Source of the DNA: Planctomycetota bacterium
Lineage (GTDB): Bacteria > Planctomycetota > UBA1135 > UBA2386
Direction of reading: 5' to 3'
NCBI GenBank assembly: GCA_020425925.1
Contig: JAGQRB010000534.1
Coordinates: forward strand, 64 to 64,063
DNA length: 64,000 bases
Every line of letters starts with the position of its first letter. The stretch's first letter is position 1. Shown here piece by piece: positions 19,576 through 27,829 of this stretch. The translations under genes were made by a program, and so were the position numbers. A model generated the notes under the pieces. The model worked only from the letters and a program-made list of their open reading frames with translations. It did no database searches and was not told the origin of the DNA.

Positions 19576-20793
19576 TCAGGGCGCCGCGACGACGAGGCGG
19601 CCCTGATCGCGGTCGAGACCGCGCACCGACATCGCGCTCGCGCCGTCCTCGCCGCGGACCTCGAACTCGACCGCGCCGGGCCCGAACGGCACCTCGGCGA
19701 AGCCCTGTTCATCCGCGCGCGCGACGTTGCTGCGGTTGCCCTCGACGATCACGGCGACGTAGGCGTTGCCGACCGGCACGCCGTCCTCGTGGCAGACCAA
19801 CACCTTCTGCTGCTGCGGCTTCTCGAGCTGCAGCTCGCATTCCGTGACGGCGCCCTCGAGCACGATCGCACGGGGCTCGCCGAAGGCGCCGCTCCACGGC
19901 AGCGGTCGGATCTCGTAGCGGCCGAGCAGCAGACCCTTGAGGCAGAACCGCCCGCTCATGCCCGATTCGCACACCCGCGCGACGCCTTCGCCCCGAAGCA
20001 GGATCGGGGCGCCTTCGACCGGCTGGCCGTCGGCATCGTGCAGTCGGCCCTGGACCATCGCGCCGGTCTCGGCGACGAGCTCGGGCAACGGCACGACACC
20101 GTGGTCGCGGCCGAGCTCGAGCGGCCCCGAACGACCGACGAAGCCGAAATCGGAGCGCGCGTCCTGCACCAGCAGCCGGGCCTGCGAGCCGTAGAGCGGC
20201 AGCGTGTAGCGGCCGATCTCGTCGGTCAGGCTCCAGATGCCCGAGCCGGCAGCGGTGACGTAGGCGCCCGCCAGCGGCGCGCCGGCCTCGTCGCGCACGG
20301 TGCCCTCGCCGGTCAGCGCGGGCGGCACCGTCGCCTCGGGTTCGAGGTCCCACGGGGCCTCGGGCTCGAGCTGCACGAACAGCGGATCCGGTGACGTCAG
20401 CGGCGCCCGCAGCCAGCGCGCACGGTAGCCGCGACCGCGGACGAACAGGTCGGCGTAGCTGCCCGTGGCGAGCTCGAGCGCGAACCGGCCGTCCGGTCCG
20501 GCCGTAACGCTCGCTCCAGCCATCGCCTCGACCTCGGCGTGCGGCACGGGGTAGCCGAGCGCGTCGAGCACGCGGCCGCTGAGTCGGGCCAGCTCGACGG
20601 CCCGGCGCGGCGCCGGGGCGCTGGCGCGCACGATCTCCGCCCGCGGTTCGACGGCGCTGCTCGTCGCGCGCGCGGCGCGCTTCGACGCATCGGTCTCGAT
20701 CCGCAGGTCACCTTTGGCGACGAACGATGTGATGACCACTGTCGCGCACAGCACGACGAGGGTAGACGGGCGTCTTAGGAGCTGGTCCGTCAT
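19576..20793 (-). CDS. Membrane-anchored protein with four carboxypeptidase-regulatory-like repeats
   Basis: ATG 20793. Anchor STLVVLCATVVITSFV. Repeats GRVLDALGYPVPHAEVEA..GPDGRFAL, GTVRDEAGAPLAGAYVTA..DEIGRYTL, GRLHDADGQPVEGAPILL..MSGRFCL, CHEDGVPVGNAYVAV..DEQGFAEV. Confidence 0.6.
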   Translation of the reverse strand: MTDQLLRRPSTLVVLCATVVITSFVAKGDLRIETDASKRAARATSSAVEPRAEIVRASAPAPRRAVELARLSGRVLDALGYPVPHAEVEAMAGASVTAGPDGRFALELATGSYADLFVRGRGYRARWLRAPLTSPDPLFVQLEPEAPWDLEPEATVPPALTGEGTVRDEAGAPLAGAYVTAAGSGIWSLTDEIGRYTLPLYGSQARLLVQDARSDFGFVGRSGPLELGRDHGVVPLPELVAETGAMVQGRLHDADGQPVEGAPILLRGEGVARVCESGMSGRFCLKGLLLGRYEIRPLPWSGAFGEPRAIVLEGAVTECELQLEKPQQQKVLVCHEDGVPVGNAYVAVIVEGNRSNVARADEQGFAEVPFGPGAVEFEVRGEDGASAMSVRGLDRDQGRLVVAAP

Positions 20794-20883
20794 GGCGTAG
20801 CAGTATAGGGTCCTACGCCGCTATCGGCTCGATCGGCCGTTCCGAATCAGCCGACGGGCCCGATATCTCGATATCTCGGGCGC

Positions 20884-21891
20884 TCAGCGCACCAGTCGCG
20901 GCGGCGCGACCTCGAGCGGGGAGACCAGCCCGGGCGGTGCCGCGACGACTCCGGGGATGTTGTTCACCAGCATCGCGGCGGTCGCCTCGTCGCCGGCGAT
21001 CCCGCCCGGGAACGCGAGGTGCACCGGCGGCGTGCTGTCGAGCACGATCTCGTCGCGCGGCTCCGGCGCGCCGACGTACATCGCGAGGTCGAGGTGGATC
21101 AGCGTCTGCTGCCCCGAGCGCCCGAAACCGTGGTTCCGGATGCCGGCGACCTGGCCCTCCTTCACGGTCAGGAACGGCGTCTTGTGGTCCTCGGCGGCGA
21201 TCACGGGCTCGACGGTCTGTTCGATGGTCTCGACCTTCAGACCGAGGCCGCGCGCGACCAGCGCGACCGATTCGCGCATTCCGATGTGCCCGAACCGGCC
21301 GGTCGCGAGCTGCTTCTTGAACTCGCTCTCCGACAGCCCGGCACCGACCTTCTGCTGCAGCGGCAGGCGCCGGGTCGAGGCGTCGACCACCCGCGTGCAC
21401 TTGCACGAGCGGACGTCGAACGTGACGGCGGACGCGATGACCGCCATCAGGTCCATCGCGAAACCCGGGTTCACGCCGGTTCCGAGCACGGTCGCGCCGC
21501 CGGCCTTGGCGGCGGCATCGATCCTGGCGGCGAGCTCGGCGTGCTGCAGGTCGGGCACCAACAGCTCCTCGGACGACGACACCACGTCGACGCCGCAGCG
21601 GGCCGCGATCTCGAGCTGCTCGACGATCGCCGGGATGAAGCTCGATGTGCAGTGGATCACCGCGTCGGGCTTCAGGCGCTGCAGCGCGGCCTCGGCGTCG
21701 GCCTCGACGACCACCCCCATCGACACGGTCTCGAGCAGCTCGCCGAGATCGTGGCCGACCTTGTCCGGATCGACGTCGATCGCGCCGACGACCTGCAGCG
21801 AGGTCTTGGAAGCCGCCAGGCGGGCGGCTGCGAGGCCGATCGGGCCGAGGCCGTACGAGACGATCCGGAGGGGGGTGCTCATGAGCGGCAT
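20884..21891 (-). CDS. NAD(P)-binding DapB-N-like oxidoreductase (amine dehydrogenase / 2,4-diaminopentanoate dehydrogenase-like family)
   Basis: Rossmann N-terminus LRIVSYGLGPIGLAAARL, then VGAIDVDPDKVG and GTGVNPGFAMD. ATG 21891 shares one base with the pdxT stop (alternative ATG at 21882). Family assignment is from memory of the architecture. Confidence 0.65.
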   Translation of the reverse strand: MPLMSTPLRIVSYGLGPIGLAAARLAASKTSLQVVGAIDVDPDKVGHDLGELLETVSMGVVVEADAEAALQRLKPDAVIHCTSSFIPAIVEQLEIAARCGVDVVSSSEELLVPDLQHAELAARIDAAAKAGGATVLGTGVNPGFAMDLMAVIASAVTFDVRSCKCTRVVDASTRRLPLQQKVGAGLSESEFKKQLATGRFGHIGMRESVALVARGLGLKVETIEQTVEPVIAAEDHKTPFLTVKEGQVAGIRNHGFGRSGQQTLIHLDLAMYVGAPEPRDEIVLDSTPPVHLAFPGGIAGDEATAAMLVNNIPGVVAAPPGLVSPLEVAPPRLVR

Positions 21892-22520
21892 CAAGGTAGC
21901 GCCGGCGCGTGCCGTTGCACGCCTCCAGCGCCGCCGAGTGCTGCCGTGAACAGGCGCGTCACCGGGTGATCCGGCTGCAGCTCCGGGTGGAAACCGGCCG
22001 CCAGGATCGGCCCGCGCCGCACCAGCACCGGGTCGCCGTCGCGGCGCGCGAGCACCTCGCAGTCACCGGCGTCGACGATGCGCGGCGCCCGGATGAACGT
22101 CGCGGTCGTGCCTGCGGGCAGCACGTCGGATTCGAGCCGGAACGTGCCCGAATGCAGCTGGCGGCCGTAGCCGTTGCGCACCACGTGGATCGGCAGCAGC
22201 CCGTAGCTGCGCTGTTCGGGTTCGACGCGCTCGGCGAGCAGGATCGCGCCCGCGCAGGTCGCGAGCACGGGCAGGCCGGAGCGCAGCACCGCGCCGAGCG
22301 GTTCCCACAGGCCCTCGACGGTGAGCAGCCGGATCATCGTCGAGCTCTCGCCGCCGGGCAGCACCAGCGCATCGAGGCCGGCGAGCTGCGCCGGCGAGCG
22401 GATCAGCCGGGTGGCGAAACCGGCGCGCCGCATCGCCGCGGCGTGCTCGGCGAAGTCGCCCTGCAGCGCGAGCACGCCGACCACGGTGTCGGCAGCGGCA
22501 GCAGAGGTGTCAGATGCCAC
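21891..22520 (-). CDS. pdxT: Pyridoxal 5'-phosphate synthase glutaminase subunit PdxT
   Basis: [41 protein letters not shown] start at 22520 overlaps the pdxS 3' end by 11 nt. Confidence 0.9.
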   Translation of the reverse strand: MASDTSAAAADTVVGVLALQGDFAEHAAAMRRAGFATRLIRSPAQLAGLDALVLPGGESSTMIRLLTVEGLWEPLGAVLRSGLPVLATCAGAILLAERVEPEQRSYGLLPIHVVRNGYGRQLHSGTFRLESDVLPAGTTATFIRAPRIVDAGDCEVLARRDGDPVLVRRGPILAAGFHPELQPDHPVTRLFTAALGGAGGVQRHAPALP

Positions 22521-23427
22521 GGCTCGCGAGCCGCTCGTCGGCGGCCAGCGTATCGATGTTGATACCGACCATCGGTTCGCCGAGCCCCTTGCTGACCTCG
22601 ACGAGCACCTTCGGATCCTCGAAGTGCGTCACGGCGCGCACGATCGCCTTGGCGCGCTTCACCGGATCGCCGGACTTGAAGATGCCCGAGCCGACGAACA
22701 CGGCTTCGGCACCGAGCTGCATCATCAGCGCGGCGTCGGCGGGGGTCGCGACGCCGCCGGCGGAGAAGTTCGGCACCGGCAGTTTCTGACACTCGGCGAC
22801 CCAGGCGACGAGCTCGGCCGGGACGCGGTACTCGACGGCCTTCTTCTCGATCGTCTTCTCGTCCTGGCCGCGCAGCTCGCGGATCTGGGTCCAGAGCGCA
22901 CGCATGTGGCGCACCGCCTCGACGACGTTGCCGGTGCCGGCCTCGCCCTTGGTGCGGATCATCGCGGCACCCTCGTGGATGCGCCGCAGTGCCTCGCCGA
23001 GATCACGGCAACCGCAGACGAACGGCGTCTTGAACCGGCGCTTGTCGACGTGGAACTGCTCGTCGGCCGGCGTCAGCACCTCGCTCTCGTCGACACAGTC
23101 GACCTCCATCGCTTCGAGCATCTGCGCCTCGACGAAGTGGCCGATGCGCACCTTCGCCATCACCGGGATGTTCACCGTCGCCTGGATCGCAGCGATGATC
23201 TCCGGGTCGCTGGCGCGCGCGACACCGCCGTGCTTGCGGATGTCGGCCGGCACGCGCTCGAGCGCCATCACCGCGCAGGCGCCGGCGTCCTCGGCGATGC
23301 GCGCCTGTTCGTCGTTGACGACGTCCATGATGACGCCGCCCTTGAGTTGCTCGCAGAAGCCGATCTTGCTGACGACTTCTTCGGCGGTGAAGCCGGGGAC
23401 GGCACGCGGGGGAACCTTGGTGGTCAT
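22510..23427 (-). CDS. pdxS: Pyridoxal 5'-phosphate synthase lyase subunit PdxS
   Basis: ATG 23427 (MTTKVP...). Highly typical [82 protein letters not shown]. Confidence 0.95.
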   Translation of the reverse strand: MTTKVPPRAVPGFTAEEVVSKIGFCEQLKGGVIMDVVNDEQARIAEDAGACAVMALERVPADIRKHGGVARASDPEIIAAIQATVNIPVMAKVRIGHFVEAQMLEAMEVDCVDESEVLTPADEQFHVDKRRFKTPFVCGCRDLGEALRRIHEGAAMIRTKGEAGTGNVVEAVRHMRALWTQIRELRGQDEKTIEKKAVEYRVPAELVAWVAECQKLPVPNFSAGGVATPADAALMMQLGAEAVFVGSGIFKSGDPVKRAKAIVRAVTHFEDPKVLVEVSKGLGEPMVGINIDTLAADERLASRGI

Positions 23428-23449
23428 TGGTCTCTGAGTCGGGAACGGG

Positions 23450-24946
23450 TCACAGAAAAGGGGTCGCGACCGGATCGGCGACGATCTCGCGGGCACAGTC
23501 GCCGAGCACGGCGACACCGGCGCGGATCGCGTCGCAGTCGGCGCGCGTCAGCGACAGCCGCACGCCGGACGACGGTCGGTCGAAGGGATCGAAGGCGCGG
23601 CCGGGCACGACGCGCACGCCGCGTTCGCTCGCCATCTCGGTCAGGCGGTCGGCCTGACCGGCGCGCGGCATCTCGAGCCAGGCGACGTAGCCGCCGTCGG
23701 CCTCGCCGACGTGGCATTCGGCCGGCAGCGACTCGCGCGCCGCGCCGGCCAGCGCGGCATGGCGGCGCGCCAGCTCGGCGCGCAGCTCGCCGAGGTAACG
23801 ATCGAACGCGCCGCGGGCCAGGAACTCGACGAGCGCGGCCTGCAGCAGCGGACTGGTCTCGAGATCGACGAAGCGCTTCACCGCCGCCATCGGTTGCAGC
23901 ACGCGCGAGGCGCCTAGCACCCAGCCGATGCGGAGCGCGGGGAACAGCTCCTTGCTCGCGCTCGCGACCGTGACGGTCAGGCCGCGCGGATCGAGCGAGC
24001 GCAGCGTCGGCAGCGGTTCACCGCGGAAACGCAGCGACTGCTGGTACTCGTCCTCGACGACCGGCACCTCGGTGCCGGCGAGCACCTCGACCAGGCGCTC
24101 GCGCTGGGCGCGGTCGAGCGTCCGCCCGGTCGGGTTGTGGAACGTCGGCATCAGGTAGACCAGCCGCACGCCGCCGCGCGCCAGCACGTGCTGCAGCCGG
24201 TCGAGGTCGAGACCGTCGCGACCGAACGGCACCGCCGCGACCTCGAGGCCGTGCGCCTTCAGCAGACCGAACATCTGGTGGTACGACGGATCGGTCACGA
24301 CCACCGTGTCGCCCGGGGCGCAGAACGCCCGCAGCGCCAGGTCGAGCGCCTGCTGGGCGCCGCCGGTGACGAGCACCTCGGGCACCGGCGCTGCCGGTTC
24401 GGCGACGGCGGCGCGGGCCGCGAACGCCTCGCGCAGCTCGGGCAGACCATTGGCCGCCATGCCGTAGCCGAGCAGCTCCGGACCCGAGCGCAGCAGGACC
24501 GCGTCCATCGCGGCGCGCCACTCGTCGACCGGGAATCGGCCGCTGTCGGGTGCGAGCTCGGCGAAGTTGGCGACCAGGCGCTGACCGGCGCCGAGCGTCG
24601 GCGCGCCGGGCATCTCGAGCGTGCGGCGCAGCGCCGCGGTCGCGAACGGGCTGAGCGGCAGCCCGTTGCCGACCGCGGTACGCGATGCCATCGGCACCGC
24701 GCCGGCACACACGACCGTGCCGCGTCCGACCGTGCCCTCGACCAGCCGTCGTTCGGCGAGCTGCCGGTAGGCGTCCTGGACCGTCGCCCGGGTGACCGCG
24801 CAGCGGCGCGCGAGTTCGCGGATCGGCGGCAACCGATCGCCGGCCCGCAGCTGCCCCTGCTCGATCGCCGCGGCGAAGTGGTCCGCGATCTGGGCGGTCA
24901 GCGGCGCCGTCGCGGAGCGGTCGAGTTCGGGCAGGGTTGGCGACAC
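23450..24946 (-). CDS. MocR-family regulator (GntR-type wHTH fused to a PLP aminotransferase-like domain), PdxR-like by context
   Basis: N-terminal [44 protein letters not shown], then a fold-type-I aminotransferase-like domain of about 370 aa. GTG start 24946. It lies 22 nt upstream of pdxS on the same strand. Confidence 0.85.
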   Translation of the reverse strand: MSPTLPELDRSATAPLTAQIADHFAAAIEQGQLRAGDRLPPIRELARRCAVTRATVQDAYRQLAERRLVEGTVGRGTVVCAGAVPMASRTAVGNGLPLSPFATAALRRTLEMPGAPTLGAGQRLVANFAELAPDSGRFPVDEWRAAMDAVLLRSGPELLGYGMAANGLPELREAFAARAAVAEPAAPVPEVLVTGGAQQALDLALRAFCAPGDTVVVTDPSYHQMFGLLKAHGLEVAAVPFGRDGLDLDRLQHVLARGGVRLVYLMPTFHNPTGRTLDRAQRERLVEVLAGTEVPVVEDEYQQSLRFRGEPLPTLRSLDPRGLTVTVASASKELFPALRIGWVLGASRVLQPMAAVKRFVDLETSPLLQAALVEFLARGAFDRYLGELRAELARRHAALAGAARESLPAECHVGEADGGYVAWLEMPRAGQADRLTEMASERGVRVVPGRAFDPFDRPSSGVRLSLTRADCDAIRAGVAVLGDCAREIVADPVATPFL

Positions 24947-24962
24947 AGCTGCGAGGCATAGC

Positions 24963-24999
24963 GGTACAAAGTTGTCCGGTCAATTGGGACAATTTGGCC
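24963..24999 (-). promoter_or_regulatory. Candidate MocR/PdxR operator: repeated GxACAA..TTG elements and a TTGTCC-N9-GGACAA inverted repeat
   Basis: GGTACAAAGTTGTCC (24963-24977) and GGGACAATTTGGCC (24986-24999). TTGTCC 24972-24977 pairs with GGACAA 24987-24992. The site is 17-53 nt upstream of the regulator start, in a visibly AT-richer spacer. Confidence 0.3.
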
Positions 25000-25175
25000 C
25001 CCTCTGCGGACTCGCGGGCCGGGCCCGCTGGTCACAGCAACCCCACTTGAGCCGGGAGCGGTGATTGTCTCGCCCGCAAGCGGCCCACGGCAGCGGGCTC
25101 GCAAGGCTCCGGGTGCTGCGAAGCGCGACATGTCTCGCAGCCTCCGTTCGATAAGCGGGCACCGGAGGAGACCCG

Positions 25176-26153
25176 TTGGACAACTCTGCAACACCTTGGT
25201 GGCTCGTGGCTTGCGCAGGCGCAGCCGGGGCCCTGGCGCTGCTCGTGAGCAGCCTCGACGGCGCCGCGCCGGCACCCGACCAGCTGCCGCCGAATCTCGT
25301 GCAGGACCGCGCTCGGGCGTTCGATCCCCGACCCGCCACGGCTTCGGTGCTCGCCGTCAGTGTCGAAGCACCGGCGAGCTTTGCGGCTCCGGTCGGCGAG
25401 ACCGCCGGCAGCCGCGAATCGGTGGCGCGCCGCCCGAACCTCGTGGTCGCGCTCGGCAACGACGCGAAGAGCATGTGTGCGGTCGGCTTCGAGAACCGCG
25501 CCGCCGCGGCCCTCGACCACCTCGACGTGTCGTTCGCGAGCTGCAGGGACCGCGACGCGATCGAGCTCCGCATGGTGCATCGCGTCGACCTTGCGCTCGT
25601 CGGCACCGAGCTGTCGCCGCGCGAACGCGGCGCCGGCGTGCGCCAGACGCGGGTCGGCGTCGAGCTGTTCGCGATCGCGGTCGCCGAGGACTTCGCGGTG
25701 CGCTCGCTCGCGAGTGCCGACCTCCGCCGCCTGCTCACCGGTCAGCTCGAGGACTGGCGGTCGCTCGGCCACGACCGCGGCAAGGTCGTGGTCGTGGTCC
25801 CGTCGCAGCGCGAGATCGCCGAACGCGCCGCCCGCGTGCTGATCCTCGGCGACAGCTTCACGCCGTCGGCCGTCCGCGTCGCCGACGATCGTCACGTCGC
25901 CGATCAGCTGCTGCGCAACCCGGGCGCGATCGCCGTGGTCCGCGTCCAGGACCAGCCGCCGGTCGGCATGCGGCTGGTGCAGATCGACTGGACCGCACCG
26001 ACGCTCGCGGCGTTCGACTTCGGCACCTACCCGTTCGGCGTCACGCTGAACCTCGTCACCTCGGGCCAGCCCGACGAGCGGACGCAGCGCTTCCTCGAGC
26101 TGCTGCTGACCGGCGACGACCACACGCTGCTCGGCCACACGCTGCTGCGCTAG
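25176..26153 (+). CDS. Periplasmic substrate-binding-like protein (PstS / PBP-like-2 type)
   Basis: TTG start 25176. Hydrophobic N-terminus WWLVACAGAAGALALLV. LLTGQLEDWRSLG and the VVVVPSQREIAERAARVL pattern are typical of phosphate-binding-like PBP domains. Start and function are uncertain. Confidence 0.5.
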   Translation: MDNSATPWWLVACAGAAGALALLVSSLDGAAPAPDQLPPNLVQDRARAFDPRPATASVLAVSVEAPASFAAPVGETAGSRESVARRPNLVVALGNDAKSMCAVGFENRAAAALDHLDVSFASCRDRDAIELRMVHRVDLALVGTELSPRERGAGVRQTRVGVELFAIAVAEDFAVRSLASADLRRLLTGQLEDWRSLGHDRGKVVVVVPSQREIAERAARVLILGDSFTPSAVRVADDRHVADQLLRNPGAIAVVRVQDQPPVGMRLVQIDWTAPTLAAFDFGTYPFGVTLNLVTSGQPDERTQRFLELLLTGDDHTLLGHTLLR

Positions 26154-26168
26154 CCGGGGCCGGCTGGG

Positions 26169-26939
26169 CTAGAACGTGACGCCACCGCCGAAGAACCAGC
26201 CGTGGAACTGCAGGTCGGCGTCGAAGTCGCGACCCGACGCGTTGCCGAGCACGTCCATCGACAGCAGGCGATAGCCGCCCAGGACCTGCACGTCGGGCGT
26301 GATCTGCCAGCGGGCGATGCCCTCGACGTCCCAGTAGCGCCCGTTGCCGTCGCCGAGATCGGCCGACATCACGCCGGCGTTGGCGCCGATCGAGACGTCG
26401 CCGAGTCGGAACTCGGCATCCGCGAACGGCATCGGCACCAGCACGTCGGTGTCGACCTCGTCGCGCCCCGGACCGGCCTGCGAGCGCACGTCGACGTTGA
26501 GCTTGACGTAGCCGAGCGCGCCGCCGAGCCCGAGCTGGAACCACTCGTTCTCGAACACCTCGTAGGCGTAGCTCGCGGCCGCCGAGAAGAAGTCCATCGA
26601 CGTGTTCACCGGCGTGTTCGCAACGATGCCGCCGAAGTCATTGGCGAGCCGGCCCGAGCCGTTCGAGTTCACGCCGAAGCCGTGGGCGCGGACGCGGTGA
26701 CGCTCGTGCCCCCACTCGAGCCGCAGGTACGGTGAGGCCTCGAAGTCGTCGAGACCCAGCTGGCCGCTGAAACGGTTGTTGTCGCTCAGAGCCAGCGTCC
26801 CGCCGGCGTTCTGCAGGGCGATCTCACCCTGCCCCTTGACGAAGATCGCGCCGACGTCCGCGCGGTAGACGCTCGGGGCGCAGGCTGCGAGCGCCAGGAG
26901 GCAAAGTGCAGAGGCGAGGGTCCGCATGGGGTAGAGCAT
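26169..26939 (-). CDS. Outer-membrane beta-barrel lipoprotein-like protein (paralog 1)
   Basis: Signal/lipobox MRTLASALCLLALAAC. Alternating beta-strand pattern. C-terminus ...GYRLLSMDVLGN..DADLQFHGWFFGGGVTF ends in Phe. Confidence 0.6.
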   Translation of the reverse strand: MLYPMRTLASALCLLALAACAPSVYRADVGAIFVKGQGEIALQNAGGTLALSDNNRFSGQLGLDDFEASPYLRLEWGHERHRVRAHGFGVNSNGSGRLANDFGGIVANTPVNTSMDFFSAAASYAYEVFENEWFQLGLGGALGYVKLNVDVRSQAGPGRDEVDTDVLVPMPFADAEFRLGDVSIGANAGVMSADLGDGNGRYWDVEGIARWQITPDVQVLGGYRLLSMDVLGNASGRDFDADLQFHGWFFGGGVTF

Positions 26940-27011
26940 CGTGGATCGGGGGCCTCGGCGCCAGATACCAGCGGCCGGAGGGCGTGGAACCGGCTCGGCC
27001 GGCAGCCCGCG

Positions 27012-27776
27012 TCAGAAGCGTATCCCACCGCCGACGACCCAGCCATCGAGCGCGGCGTCGAGCGCGAAGCTCGTGTCCGACGTTTCGCCCTTGCCATCGA
27101 TGTCGATGAGGCGGTACCCGGCGAAGAGTTGCAGCGTCGGAAAGACGCGGACCTCGACCATGCCCTCGAGATCGAGCAGGCGGACCGCGGCACCGTCGAT
27201 CTCCGGCACGTCGAGATAGCCGGCCTCGCCGACGACCGCGACGACGCCGATGTCGCCCTCGGCGCGCAGGAACAGCATCGGCAACGGCAGCAGCTCGTCG
27301 ATCTGTCCGCTGTTGCCGAACGTCGTCTCGCGCGCCGCCAGCCGGAAGTCGATGACGTCGAGCGCGAGACCCGGCGACAGCTTCACCGGCCCCAGCCCGA
27401 TGTCGTAGGTCAGGCTGAGCTTCGCGTTGGCGAACTCGAACTCGGTCTGCACCGGGGTGCCGGCCGCGATCGGGCCGAACGTCGCCGCCAGCGTGCCGCT
27501 GCCGGACTCGTCGAGCACGAAGGCCGAACCGGTCACGACCAGACTGCCGAGGTCGAGCTGACCGCGCAGGATCGGCGAGTAGAGCTCGGAGCCGACGCCG
27601 AGCGCGCCGTCGACGTCCTGGAACGACGACGGTGGTACACCACCCTGCGCCGAGGCGAGCGCGGCGTCGCCGCTCAACGTCATCTGGACCAGGCCGATCT
27701 CGGCCGTGGCGCCGACGAAGGAGCAGCCTGGCAGCAGGGCACAGGCGATGCCGAAACCCAGGTTCGCACGCTTCAC
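27012..27776 (-). CDS. Outer-membrane beta-barrel lipoprotein-like protein (paralog 2)
   Basis: GTG 27776 gives VKRANLGFGIACALLPGC. The C-terminus GYRLIDIDGKGE..ALDAALDGWVVGGGIRF aligns with paralog 1. The ORF-track start at 28166 is an extension. Confidence 0.55.
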   Translation of the reverse strand: MKRANLGFGIACALLPGCSFVGATAEIGLVQMTLSGDAALASAQGGVPPSSFQDVDGALGVGSELYSPILRGQLDLGSLVVTGSAFVLDESGSGTLAATFGPIAAGTPVQTEFEFANAKLSLTYDIGLGPVKLSPGLALDVIDFRLAARETTFGNSGQIDELLPLPMLFLRAEGDIGVVAVVGEAGYLDVPEIDGAAVRLLDLEGMVEVRVFPTLQLFAGYRLIDIDGKGETSDTSFALDAALDGWVVGGGIRF

Positions 27777-27829
27777 GTCAGGCGTGATCGGCCAGCAGGC
27801 CCCCGCCGCACGAGCCAATCGCGACCGAA

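Noticed and set aside
26940-27829. Sigma-54 -24/-12 elements in front of the two barrel lipoprotein genes
   Set aside because: I scanned both upstream spacers on the minus strand. TGG-containing strings are present, but none has a GC at the required +12 spacing.
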